From Kofleriaceae bacterium (GTDB lineage Bacteria > Myxococcota_A > Polyangia > Haliangiales > Haliangiaceae), in contig CBDCCZ010000006.1 in NCBI GenBank assembly GCA_965215005.1, positions 128,001-192,000 of the forward strand: 64,000 nucleotides of DNA. The letters are read 5' to 3'. The notes beneath the pieces were generated by a model that saw nothing but the letters and a program-made list of their open reading frames with translations, made no database searches and was not told the origin of the DNA. Made by a program: the position numbers and the translations under genes. Below, piece after piece: positions 41,185 to 51,800 of the stretch. Positions within the stretch are counted from its first letter, which is position 1. Each line of letters opens with the position of its first letter.

Positions 41185-43211
41185 CCAGCCTCCTCTTCGA
41201 CCATTCCCGGCAATAGCCCCGCCTTGCCCAGCGCATCGCGAATTCGGTGTATCGCCAGCTCGCGTGACAGCGCTTCTTTGGACAACACGCCTTCGGTGCT
41301 CAGCTCGAGCTGTGCTCGTTGTGCCGGTTCCAATTCTTGGGCTGTGCAAATGATGACGGGTGTCGAGCGAGTGATGGGATCGGCTTTGAGCTCATCGAGC
41401 ACGTCGAAGGCAGTCACGTCCTCCAAAAGAAAATCCAGGAAGATGACCCCCGGCCGCTCATCTCGCGCGAGCCGCACGCCGAGCTCGCCATCGCCGGCTT
41501 CGATGACGTCGTAGCTGGTGCCCTCCAGGTGCTTGCGAAACAAGTAGCGCGCCGTGGGATCATCATCGATATAGAGGACCTTCGCGCGATGGCCCTTGTG
41601 GACCAACGCTGCGAGCTTGCGGATCAAGTGGTCCTGATCGAATGGCTTGAGCCAGAATTCGTCGGCGCCGAGCGCGCGCGCGCGACGCTCGCGATTGGTC
41701 ACCGTCACCACCAACACCGGGATGTCACGGGTGGAGACATCGGCCTTGAGCTGCGACAAGAATCGCCACGACGTGTCCTGCTCGAGCATGATGTCGAGTA
41801 CCACCGCGGCAGGACGGCGGCGGCGCAAGAGCCCCTCGGCTTCAGCAACGGTTCGGGCCGGCAGCACCTGAAAGCCCGCCATCCGCAAGAATCGCTCGTA
41901 CACCAGCATTGTCTTGCGATTGTCCTCGAGCACCAGCACCGGCGCTCTTCCCGGCTCTGGAAACTGCCCGCGCTCTTGCAGCTCATCGACGGCGCGCACC
42001 TCGGGATGTACCGCAGGAACAGTGACAGTAAACGTAGAGCCTCGCCCAAGCTCGCTCTGGACCGTGATGTCACCCCCGAGCAAATGGGCCAACTGTCGCG
42101 ACAACGACAACCCTAGCCCTGTCCCCGGCACCTCGCGGTGACGAGCGGTATCGAGCTGCACGAACTCCTCGAAGATTCGCTGCTGGTCCGCAATGCCGAT
42201 ACCGATGCCGCTGTCGCGAACCCAAACCGTGAGCTCACCATCCGCCGAGCCGCGAGCACCAACGCGCACCTCTCCTTTGCTGGTGAACTTGAGCGCGTTG
42301 GAGATGAGGTTGCGGAGGATCTGCGCGAGCTTGCCGCGATCGGTGCGCAGCTCGAGAACCGTCTCGGGTTCCTCGAACACCATCTCGACCGCGGAATCGG
42401 CCACTAGCGGGCGCATCATGCCACGCAGGGACAACAGGAAGTCCGCCAGATCGAGCTGCTCGACCTGAAGCCGCACCGTGCCGGAGTCGATCTTCGAGAG
42501 GTCGAGCAAGTCGCTTACCAGCTGCGAGAGCTCCGCTGCCGCCGATCGAATCAGCCCGACTTGCAGGAGCTGTTCGCTGTTGAGCGCGCCATCCGAGCCA
42601 TCGAGCAGCAGGCGCGAGAGCCCCAGGATCGAGTGGATCGGCGTGCGTAGCTCGTGGCTGACGTTGGCGACCATCCGCGTCTTGATCTCCGAGCTCTCCG
42701 CGAGCGACTCGTTCTTGTCCTCGATCTCCGCGTGCAGAGCGACCACGCCGCGGTGGGACTCATCGAGCTCTGCGTGCAAGCGAATGAGCTCCGCATTGCG
42801 CTGCTCGAGCTCGCGATTCTGCCGCGCAATCTCGCGATTGAGCTCGACGACCTCATCCATCGTTTGTCCAACGCGCGCCAACGCAGCGCCGTGGTCGTCG
42901 GGGATCAGGCTGCCGAGAATATCGATGCCGGTGGCGCTCGGAACGGCGGAGCACGAGACCACCGCAGGCCGGCCTTCGACGCAGAGAGGCAATTCCCAGC
43001 CAGTGACTTCGCCGACTCGAGCGCGCGCCAAGAACTCAGCAACCTTGCCTTCGCTGCCGCTTGGCGCCAACTTGCGCAGCGCCGTGCCGATATCGCTGCG
43101 CAAGTAACGACGCGCCCGCGGATCGAGCGCGGTGAGGGCGCCATCGGTATCGACCGAGAAGCGCATCTCACGGCTGAATCTATGCAACTGACGTTGCAGC
43201 GCATCGCTCAT
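41181..43211 (-). CDS. Hybrid histidine kinase (degenerate PAS-like N-terminus, coiled coil, HisKA, HATPase, REC, REC); no TM helices
   Basis: VSHELRTP, NLISNALKF, DSGIGI, GTGLGL; REC1 VVLDIML...LKP; REC2 IFLDFLL. Confidence 0.93.
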   Translation of the reverse strand: MSDALQRQLHRFSREMRFSVDTDGALTALDPRARRYLRSDIGTALRKLAPSGSEGKVAEFLARARVGEVTGWELPLCVEGRPAVVSCSAVPSATGIDILGSLIPDDHGAALARVGQTMDEVVELNREIARQNRELEQRNAELIRLHAELDESHRGVVALHAEIEDKNESLAESSEIKTRMVANVSHELRTPIHSILGLSRLLLDGSDGALNSEQLLQVGLIRSAAAELSQLVSDLLDLSKIDSGTVRLQVEQLDLADFLLSLRGMMRPLVADSAVEMVFEEPETVLELRTDRGKLAQILRNLISNALKFTSKGEVRVGARGSADGELTVWVRDSGIGIGIADQQRIFEEFVQLDTARHREVPGTGLGLSLSRQLAHLLGGDITVQSELGRGSTFTVTVPAVHPEVRAVDELQERGQFPEPGRAPVLVLEDNRKTMLVYERFLRMAGFQVLPARTVAEAEGLLRRRRPAAVVLDIMLEQDTSWRFLSQLKADVSTRDIPVLVVTVTNRERRARALGADEFWLKPFDQDHLIRKLAALVHKGHRAKVLYIDDDPTARYLFRKHLEGTSYDVIEAGDGELGVRLARDERPGVIFLDFLLEDVTAFDVLDELKADPITRSTPVIICTAQELEPAQRAQLELSTEGVLSKEALSRELAIHRIRDALGKAGLLPGMVEEEAG

Positions 43212-43288
43212 GTGACTGCCCCTCGCCTGCGTCGGCCATTCCAGAGGCCTATGATAAGGGACATGCCGGGACGGATCGGAAGAGCGTA

Positions 43289-43957
43289 TCAGCGATTATT
43301 TTTGATACGATCGGCCGCCACAGATAGCAGACGACAAGCCTGCGCCACGATGTCCTCTGCAGATCGGCCGATACCGTCCGCGCCGTAGTCTGCGGCCACC
43401 GCGCCAACGGGGAACGCTTGCCCCCCCACGAGGATCGGGCACGGATGCGCCAATGCCTCGCGTACGCATCGTGTCGCTTCGCGAACTCTACTGAGATGAA
43501 ACCCCATCGTCGCCGACAGCGCCAATAGGTCCGGCGGACGGCTGCGACACATGTCCGCGAGACTGCGACTCGGCACGTTCTCGCCCAGATAGGTCACCGC
43601 GAAACCGGCGAGATCGAGCGCGTCCGCGGCAAGCCGAGCCGGAAAACCGTGCAGCTCGCCCTCGACGCACGCCACTAGCACCGAACGCTGCAGCGCCGGA
43701 GCGGGCGTAGCGTGGCGATATAGGTAGCTAAGAGCCAGCTGCGAGATGGCGGTGGCCATGTGCTCATCAGCAACGCTGATGCGGTTCAGTTCCCAGAGTC
43801 GACCGATCTCCCGCTGCGCCTCGCCGATCACACCGGTCGCCACAGAGCTCACCGCGAGTCCCGCTTCGACACCTTCTTCAATGACGAGTCGCAGTGCCTC
43901 TTGGCGATCGCCAGCGAGCTGCGCGGCCACGAAACGCTCCCTAAGCTGGTCGATCAC
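43289..43957 (-). CDS. Stand-alone cobalamin-binding protein (four-helix cap + Rossmann B12-binding domain) with CarH-type Wx9EH motif
   Basis: IGRLWELNRISVADEHMAT (Wx9EH), ACVEGELH (ExH), YLG, LALSAT, ILVGG; no DNA-binding or enzymatic domain. Confidence 0.9.
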   Translation of the reverse strand: MIDQLRERFVAAQLAGDRQEALRLVIEEGVEAGLAVSSVATGVIGEAQREIGRLWELNRISVADEHMATAISQLALSYLYRHATPAPALQRSVLVACVEGELHGFPARLAADALDLAGFAVTYLGENVPSRSLADMCRSRPPDLLALSATMGFHLSRVREATRCVREALAHPCPILVGGQAFPVGAVAADYGADGIGRSAEDIVAQACRLLSVAADRIKNNR

Positions 43958-44202
43958 TGCTCTATTGTAGTGTGCGGTGGGCGTTGTGCAGCGGCGGCGT
44001 CGACCGCGACGACGGCGTCGCGCTTCTACGCATCGGCCGGCAGTGCAGAATTTGGGACGCCGATGGGTTTGGGGGCGAAGTCTCCAGCGCACCGATATCG
44101 AGACCACCCGCCGGGTGATCTCGGGGCCAGAACCTACGAAATTCGCGGCCTATGGCGGCGAAATCGAAGCTGGTGTCGAACGCTTACAGCGCCCGTGCCA
44201 TC

Positions 44203-44218
44203 CGGCATGGAGGCTGCA
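44203..44218 (+). promoter_or_regulatory. Sigma54-type promoter for the NHL lipoprotein gene
   Basis: CGGCATGGAGGCTGCA; 14 of 15 core bases match the 38701-38716 motif. Confidence 0.55.
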
Positions 44219-44261
44219 TTTGTCGCGGCACAGGAGCTCTGACGGGCTCGCGGAGGCAGCC

Positions 44262-45383
44262 GTGCAGTATCTAAAATCATTGACAATTCTCTTCCTTTCG
44301 CTCATCGCGGCCTGTGGCAGCGACGGTGGGGGCTCTGACCCGGGAATCGACGCCGGCGGCACCGGTGGCACCGATGGTGGCGACGGTCCGGTGCAGGAGC
44401 CGCCGGGACCTTTGGCCGAGGGCGCGGCGACGCTCGCTGGAGGCCCGATTTCCGGCCGCGTCGATGGCGACCGCAACAGCGCCAGCTTCAACAACCCGGT
44501 CAATGTCGAGGTCGGCCCCGACGGCAACATCTACGTCGCCGATTTTGATAACGGGCTGCTGCGGGTGATCACGCCGCAAGGGACCGTTTCGACGCTAGCA
44601 CCGGCCGAAGCCGATTTCTCGCGGCCCTTCGGGCTAGCCTTCACACCCGACGGCTCGCTCTACGTGCAAACCGACCGAGACACCGGAGGGCAACTGAGTG
44701 GTGCGCTCTGGCGCGTCGATACCCAAACCGGCGAGGCAACGCTCGTGGAGGATACGGTCGGCCGTATGCGTGGCCTGGCCGCATTGCCCGATGGTCGACT
44801 CGTCATGGCGGAGTATCAGAAGCACGTCATCGTGGTGATCGACCCGGCAACCGGCGTGGTCAACACCATCGCTGGCGCCTACGACCAAATCGGCAACACC
44901 GACGGCGTCGGCGAAGCCGCTCGCTTCAACATTCCCTACGACCTCGTGCTGCACCCCGATGGCTATCTCGTCGTCGCCGACTACGGCAACAATCAACTGC
45001 GCCGCATCGACTTGAACGGCAATGGCCCGGCCGAGGTCACCACCTTGGCCGGCACTGGCATGGCCGGCGTGGTCGACGACACCTTGGCCGCGGCTGAGTT
45101 CAATCAGCCGCAAGGACTTGCCGTGGACGATGCTGGGATGCTCTACGTCACCGACAGCGCGGGGTTCGTGATTCGTCGCGTCGACCTCGCGGCGGACTCG
45201 GTGACGACGATCGCCGGGACCGGCGAAGCCGGATTTCGCGATGATGAGAATCCGCTTGCAGCACAGTTCTACGGGCTAGAAGGCATCGCTGTCGACGATG
45301 CCGGTACCTACCTCTATGTCGCCGACGGCAGCCGCGGCGAAGACGCCCGCTACCACCGCGTGCGTCGCGTGTCGCTCCCGTAG
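44262..45383 (+). CDS. NHL-repeat beta-propeller lipoprotein
   Basis: LIAAC lipobox; repeated FNxPxG(L/V)...YVAD..N..(L/I)R and (L/I)AG.G.....DG....A.F motifs. Confidence 0.88.
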   Translation: MQYLKSLTILFLSLIAACGSDGGGSDPGIDAGGTGGTDGGDGPVQEPPGPLAEGAATLAGGPISGRVDGDRNSASFNNPVNVEVGPDGNIYVADFDNGLLRVITPQGTVSTLAPAEADFSRPFGLAFTPDGSLYVQTDRDTGGQLSGALWRVDTQTGEATLVEDTVGRMRGLAALPDGRLVMAEYQKHVIVVIDPATGVVNTIAGAYDQIGNTDGVGEAARFNIPYDLVLHPDGYLVVADYGNNQLRRIDLNGNGPAEVTTLAGTGMAGVVDDTLAAAEFNQPQGLAVDDAGMLYVTDSAGFVIRRVDLAADSVTTIAGTGEAGFRDDENPLAAQFYGLEGIAVDDAGTYLYVADGSRGEDARYHRVRRVSLP

Positions 45384-45441
45384 TGTTGCCGTTTCCCAGG
45401 CCGCTCAGCAGGTTTTCTACGGCTGCTGAGCGCGCCCGGCC

Positions 45442-45783
45442 TCAACGGCTTTTGCGCCATGACGGCGGCGGCTGCAGAGCCTCCGTCGGCATGATCGCAA
45501 ACATCAGGAGCAGCAAGCCCAGCACGATGTGGTTCTGGTGGTAAGCCGGAATCGGGTATTCGTTGATTCGGCCGTAGGCGATTAGCCACAGAGAAACCGC
45601 CAGAGTCCCGAAGCGGGTCCAGCGCAGCGGCTGGTAAAACGTCGCAAGCGAGAAGACCACGATCAACGTCGCGCAAATGAAATCGTTGGCCCAAACGCTC
45701 GGCTGCGCGGCTGGCAGTGAAAAGATGAACGGGCTGAGGGCGAGCCAGATCCCCAGCATGGCTTCTACGACGCGGGGCCACAT
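45442..45783 (-). CDS. SPW-repeat membrane protein
   Basis: LGIWLALSPFIF...WANDFICA...LWLIA; TGATG-coupled to the VKOR gene. Confidence 0.75.
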   Translation of the reverse strand: MWPRVVEAMLGIWLALSPFIFSLPAAQPSVWANDFICATLIVVFSLATFYQPLRWTRFGTLAVSLWLIAYGRINEYPIPAYHQNHIVLGLLLLMFAIMPTEALQPPPSWRKSR

Positions 45784-46397
45784 CAGGCACCTGCCTGTAG
45801 CGCCAACGCATCGGCGCGCTCGTCTCGCTGGCCCCAGAACACTCGCCAAACCAGTCGCGCGTCCCGGTGCTCTTTCCAAACTCGACGCAAATAGGCAAGG
45901 GTTGCCCATACCTCATCAGCAGCGAGCGGGATCAACACGGTCGAGATCGCTGCAGTGATCAGGCACAGAAAACACCACGACCCCACCACCAGCCCCTGCA
46001 CGAACACCAGCACAATGCTCACGATCCCAAGCGGGATGACGTCGATGCCAAAGATGATCACCATCCACGGCCGGTACTGCCAGCGCCTCGTTGAGCCGGC
46101 GAGACCAAAGATCGCATCGCCGAGATACGCGAGGGCTCCCAGCGCGGCGTCGGGTACGCCAATCCAACGATGCATCGTGCCGCTGGCGTCAGACTCGAGC
46201 ACGGTTCGCGTTCCGTCGCCAAACACCGGATCCCACACCGTCTCGATGAGCCCCCACTGAAAAAGGGCCAAGTACGTCGAAATGATCGCCCCCACCGCGG
46301 CCAGCACGCAGATCGGGATCCGCTGACTCCACGCGGAGGGATTGCGCGAAAACGGCGGGGCGTGGGCATCTAAACGAGAGTCGTCTGCGCGAGCCAT
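45783..46397 (-). CDS. Vitamin K epoxide reductase (VKOR) family protein
   Basis: [24 protein letters not shown] (CxxC). Alternative start 46415. Confidence 0.85.
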   Translation of the reverse strand: MARADDSRLDAHAPPFSRNPSAWSQRIPICVLAAVGAIISTYLALFQWGLIETVWDPVFGDGTRTVLESDASGTMHRWIGVPDAALGALAYLGDAIFGLAGSTRRWQYRPWMVIIFGIDVIPLGIVSIVLVFVQGLVVGSWCFLCLITAAISTVLIPLAADEVWATLAYLRRVWKEHRDARLVWRVFWGQRDERADALALQAGA

Positions 46398-46483
46398 CGA
46401 GGCGAGCTCCTTCATATTCGAACGGTTGTACGGCGACGCGAACGCCGTTGCAGCGTTGCATGATGGCTGGCAGCTCCCGCCAC

Positions 46484-46499
46484 TGGCACATGGTTCGCA
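46484..46499 (+). promoter_or_regulatory. Sigma54-type promoter oriented toward glgE, about 330 nt upstream
   Basis: TGGCACATGGTTCGCA (GG-N10-GC). Confidence 0.45.
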
Positions 46500-46828
46500 C
46501 GGCGATGCGCCCGTCACACCGGGAAGCGCTCGACCGGTGAGCGGTCGGTCAACCGCCGACCGCGAGCGGATCGGTTGCGATGGACAGCGAATGCGCGTGA
46601 CACGATGCTCGACCGGCGCTCCGGATGCTGACGCGATCAATATGAACGAGACGATCTGCCACGACCGAGTCAACACGACACGGACAACGCGCGTGCGAAA
46701 CGCGTATCAGACGTTCCATCACGCGAGCTCGCGGCTCGACGATGGCCGAGACATTTCATGGTCACGCGAGTGCGTCGTGCGCGACGCCAAGCTTGGCCAA
46801 GACTTTTGCTATAAGAGGACACACAGGC

Positions 46829-48838
46829 ATGCGGGGTGAAGGCAAAGCTATCGCTCTCGTCGCGGCTGAGCAGCAGGACTGGGATCCGGTGTTCATCGCG
46901 CGGCGCAGAATCGAGATTCTCGGACTCCATCCGGAGGTCGACGGCGGTCGCTATGCGGCCAAGGCCATCGCCGGTGCTGTCACCTATGTCGAAGCCGACT
47001 TGGTCGCCGACGGTCACGATCAAATGGCCGGCGTGGTGATGTATCGCCACGAGAACGAGCGCGAGTGGCGCGAGGCGTCGCTTTCGTCGCTCGGCAACGA
47101 TCGTTGGCGTGCCGAGCTGACGCTGCACGAGCTCGGCCGCTGGCGGTATGCCGTGGAAGGTTGGATCGATGCTTTCGCGACCTGGCGGCGCGGCTTTCAC
47201 CTCAAGGTAGAAGCGGGCATCGACGTGAGCGTCGAGCTGCTCATCGGCAGTGAGCTCGTCGCGGCAGCGGCCGCTCGCGCGAGTGGACCCGCTCGGCAAC
47301 GCCTGGACGTGATCGCCCGCGACCTGCAAAGCAACGCTCCCACGCACGCGCGCATCGACGCGGCGCTCGACCCCGAGCTCGCCCGTCTGATGATGCTATG
47401 GCCCGACCGCAGCCTCTCGACTCGATCCCCCGATCGCGTGATTTTCGTCGAGCGCCCGAAGGCGCGGTTCTCGGCCTGGTATGAGTTCTTCCCGCGCTCG
47501 TTTGGGCCCAATGGCAAACACGGCAGCTTCCGAGATGCCGAGAGCCACCTGCGCTACGTCGCGGGGCTCGGTTTCGATGTGGTGTACTTGCCGCCGATTC
47601 ATCCTATAGGCCGTCTGCACCGCAAAGGGCGCAACAACACGCTCGACGCTCAGCCCGACGATCCCGGCAGCCCGTGGGCCATCGGCTCCAGCGAAGGCGG
47701 CCACACAGCGATCCATCCGCAGCTCGGCACTCTCGCCGATTTTCACCACTTTCTCGCCGCCGCCAAAGACCTCGGGCTAGAGGTCGCTATCGATGTCGCC
47801 TTTCAGGCAGCGCCCGATCACCCATGGGTAAAAGAGCACCCGGAGTGGTTCATCCAGCGCCCGGATGGTTCTATTCAGTATGCGGAGAATCCGCCAAAGA
47901 AGTATCAGGATATCTATCCTATCAACTTCAACAGCGAGGACTGGCGCGGCCTCTGGAACGAGCTGCTCGGAGTGTTCCTGTATTGGCTCGAGCAGGGTGT
48001 TCGCATCTTCCGCGTCGACAACCCGCATACGAAGTCCCTGCGTTTTTGGGAGTGGTGCATTGCGCAGGTAAAGCAGCGTGATCCGGGCGCCATCTTCCTT
48101 TCTGAGGCCTTCACCCGGCCCAAGCTAATGTACGCCCTCGCCAAGCTGGGCTTCACCCAGTCGTATACGTATTTCACTTGGCGACACACCAAGGCAGAGT
48201 TCGTCGAGTATCTCACCGAGCTAACGAAGCCAGAAATCGCCGCATTCTTTCAGCCCAATTTCTGGCCTAACACTCCAGACATCTTGCCAGAAGACTTGCA
48301 AAGCGGCGGTCGGGCCGCGTTCCTTGGCAGGTTCGCCATGGCAGCCACGTTGTCGCCGAGCTACGGAGTCTACGGCCCTGCGTACGAGCTGCTCGACAGT
48401 ATTCCGCGGCCCGGCTCCGAAGAGTACATCGACAACGAGAAGTATCAGCTGAAGCAGTGGGACCTGGAGCGGGGCGACAGCCTGCGCCACTTCATGGCCC
48501 GCATCAATCGCATTCGCAAGAACAACCCCGCCCTACACGACAATCTCTCTCTGCGCTTCCACAAAACCGACAGCGATCAGCTGCTTTGCTACAGCAAGCA
48601 GACACGCAACCGCGATAACACGATTGTCATCGCGATCAATCTAGATTGGCATCATCGACACGGCAGCCGCGTCTGGCTGGATCTCGAGCAGCTGGGCCTG
48701 GACTGGAACGCAACCTACGACCTTAACGACTTGATCGATGGCAGCCGCTACACGTGGCATGGCACGGAGGGATACGTGGAGCTCGATCCGCATATCATGC
48801 CGGTGCACGTGTTTCGGCTCGAGCCTCGAGGAGGTTAG
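46829..48838 (+). CDS. glgE: Alpha-1,4-glucan:maltose-1-phosphate maltosyltransferase GlgE
   Basis: AWYEFFPRS, YLPPIHPIG, YAENPPKKYQDIYP, FRVDNPHTK, LSEAFT, NTPDIL. Confidence 0.96.
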   Translation: MRGEGKAIALVAAEQQDWDPVFIARRRIEILGLHPEVDGGRYAAKAIAGAVTYVEADLVADGHDQMAGVVMYRHENEREWREASLSSLGNDRWRAELTLHELGRWRYAVEGWIDAFATWRRGFHLKVEAGIDVSVELLIGSELVAAAAARASGPARQRLDVIARDLQSNAPTHARIDAALDPELARLMMLWPDRSLSTRSPDRVIFVERPKARFSAWYEFFPRSFGPNGKHGSFRDAESHLRYVAGLGFDVVYLPPIHPIGRLHRKGRNNTLDAQPDDPGSPWAIGSSEGGHTAIHPQLGTLADFHHFLAAAKDLGLEVAIDVAFQAAPDHPWVKEHPEWFIQRPDGSIQYAENPPKKYQDIYPINFNSEDWRGLWNELLGVFLYWLEQGVRIFRVDNPHTKSLRFWEWCIAQVKQRDPGAIFLSEAFTRPKLMYALAKLGFTQSYTYFTWRHTKAEFVEYLTELTKPEIAAFFQPNFWPNTPDILPEDLQSGGRAAFLGRFAMAATLSPSYGVYGPAYELLDSIPRPGSEEYIDNEKYQLKQWDLERGDSLRHFMARINRIRKNNPALHDNLSLRFHKTDSDQLLCYSKQTRNRDNTIVIAINLDWHHRHGSRVWLDLEQLGLDWNATYDLNDLIDGSRYTWHGTEGYVELDPHIMPVHVFRLEPRGG

Positions 48839-48847
48839 CGACGACTC

Positions 48848-51800
48848 ATGGTCAGGCACTCAAAGGACCCTCAGGTTCTGCTCGCGGACGATCCGCTCTG
48901 GTACAAAGACGCTCTCATCTATGAGATTCACGTTCGAGCATTCTCGGACTCCAACGGCGATGGCATCGGCGACTTCAACGGATTGGTCAGCAAGCTCGAC
49001 TATCTGCAAGATCTCGGCGTCACAGCACTATGGCTGCTGCCGTTCTATCCGTCGCCGGGACGCGACGATGGCTACGACATCGCCGATTACACCGACGTAA
49101 ACCCCTCGTACGGAACGCTGGCCGACTTTCGGCGTTTCTTGAACGAAGCGCATCGTCGCGGCTTGCGGGTCATCACCGAGCTCGCCATCAATCATACGTC
49201 CTCGGAGCACCCGTGGTTCCAGCGCGCTCGCCGCGCGCCTGCGGGGAGCCGGTGGCGCAACTTCTACGTGTGGAGCGAATCGCCAGAGCTGTACCGCGAT
49301 GCCCGCATCATCTTTCCCGACTTCGAAACGTCCAACTGGACGTGGGACCCGATCGCCAAGTCCTACTACTGGCACCGCTTCTACTCGCATCAACCCGACC
49401 TCAACTTCGAAAACGAAGAGGTTCACGATGCGGTCATCTCGGTGCTCGACTTTTGGATGGATCTGGGCGTGGATGGGATGCGGCTCGACGCCATTCCCTA
49501 CCTATACGAACGGGAAGGTACGAACTGCGAGAACCTGCCCGAGACGCATCAGTTTCTCAAAAAGCTGCGCGCGCACAACGACGAGAAGTACCGCAACCGG
49601 ATGTTCCTGGCCGAAGCCAATCAGTGGCCGGAGGACGCCGCTTCGTACTTTGGTGATGGCGACGAATGCCACATGAACTTTCATTTTCCGCTGATGCCGC
49701 GGATGTTCATGGCAGTAAATCTGGAGTCGAGTTACCCGATTCTCGATATCCTCGAGCAGACGCCGGAGATCCCCGAAAACTGCCAGTGGGCACTATTTCT
49801 CCGCAACCACGACGAGCTCACGCTGGAGATGGTCACGGATGAGGACCGCGACTATATGTGGCGCGTCTATGCCGAGGACCCGCAGGCGCGCATCAACCTG
49901 GGAATCCGTCGGCGGCTCGCGCCGCTCCTCAAGCTACGGCGCAAGATCGAGCTCATGCACGGTCTCTTGTTCTCACTGCCGGGGACCCCGGTTCTCTATT
50001 ACGGCGACGAGATCGGGATGGGCGACAACATCTATCTCGGCGACCGCGACGGCGTGCGCACGCCGATGCAGTGGAGCTACGACCGCAACGCCGGCTTCTC
50101 GCGGGCCAACCCGCAGAAGCTGTTTTTACCCGCGGTCATCGACCCCGAGTACCACTACGAAGCGATTAATGTCGAGGCGCAGCAGAACAACGCCCAGTCG
50201 CTCTTGTGGTGGGTCAAACGTCTCATCTCGTTGCGCAAGCAGCACCAGGTGTTTGGCCGCGGGAGCATGCGCTTCTTGCGACCGGACAACCCCAAGATCT
50301 TGGCATTCGTGCGCGAGCTCGACGACGACCGGGTTCTGGTGGTGGCGAATCTGTCACGTTTTGCCCAGGCCGGTAAGCTCGACTTGAGCGGCTACGAAGG
50401 CCTTATTCCAATGGAGATGTTCGGGCACTCGCCATTTCCGCGCATCAACGAACAAGAGCCTTACTTCTTAGCGCTCGGTCCACACGAGTTCTACTGGTTC
50501 GAGCTCACGGAAGAAGACACCGCCAGCCAGACGCCACACGCCGAGCTGCCGCGCCTAGACGCACCTCAAGGTTGGGAGACGCTGCTCAGCGGCCAAGGAG
50601 ACCTCGAGCGAGTGCTAGCGACGTACCTGCCGACCTGTCGCTGGTTCCGCGGCAAAGCGCGACGTATCTCGAAAGTAAGGCTCACGGAGGCGGTGCCGCT
50701 AGAAGGCGCCAGTGGTGCTCAGCTGGCGTTTGTGCGGGTTGATTACGTGCAGGAAGACCCGGAGACGTATCTCCTGCCGCTGGCGCTCGCGGACCTCGAG
50801 ATGGGGCAGAAGCTGATTGAAGATCAGTATCAAGCAACCATCGCTCGGGTCGCAATGGGTGATGAGAGTGGTGTCCTCTACGATGCGAGCTACTCCGATA
50901 CGTTTGCGCGCGACCTGCTGGCTCTCTTTAGCAACAAGAACCATCCGCGCGGCAGCGACGGGGAGATCAGCGCCACTGGGTTTGCTGCGCTCCAGGCGCT
51001 AACCAGCGAAGGTCTAGCAGCCCTTTCGCCTAAGCGCTCCACGGCTGAGCAATCCAATACCAGCATCATCTTTGGCGACGAGCTCATCCTCAAGCTCACG
51101 CGCGTCGTCGAATTTGGCTCGCAACCCGAGATTGAGATTGGCCGCTTCTTGACCGAGAAGGTCGAGTTCGAGCACGTCCCACCGCTCGCCGGCGCTATGC
51201 ATTACGAGCGCGGCAGCGAGCAGGCCGTTATCGGAGTGGTCCAGGGTTTCGTCGACAATCAGGGCGATGCGTGGGCCTTCACCCTCGACTCGCTGAGTCG
51301 CTTCTTCGAGCGTGCGCTCAGCTATCAAGAGCACCCAACCGAGCTGCCCATTGGCGCCGACTCGCTCATGGCGCGTGCTCGTCTAGACGTTCCCGACGTT
51401 GCCAAGGATACCATCGGCGGCTATCTCCCCTTGGCGCGCATCTTAGGAGAACGCACCGCGCAGATGCATCTCGCCCTTGCCCGCGGCGATCTCGACTCAA
51501 CGTTCGCGCCGGTCGCGCTGTCCACGCTGCACCAGCGTTCGCTATATCAGGCGGCGCGCACCACGTTGAATCGCGGCTTCGAGCTCCTCGAGTCGCGCCG
51601 GCGCAAGGTGCCCGAGCGCTGGCAGTCACTGGTCAAGGAAGTGCTGAGCAACAAGGATCGTCTTGATGAACAGCTGAGGTCGATCACGGGGACCAAGATC
51701 GAAGCGGCTCGGATCCGCACCCATGGCGACTTCCATCTCGGTCAGGTGCTGTACACCGGTGGCGACTTCGTCATCATCGACTTCGAAGGAGAACCAGCGC

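Noticed and set aside
43289..43957. Methionine synthase fragment or methyltransferase corrinoid protein
   Set aside because: It has Wx9EH and ExH rather than DxHxxG, and its neighbours are kinases, not methyltransferases.
46793..46810. TTGGCCAAGACTTTTGCT as a sigma54 promoter for glgE
   Set aside because: GG-to-GC spacing is 11 nt, not the strict 10.
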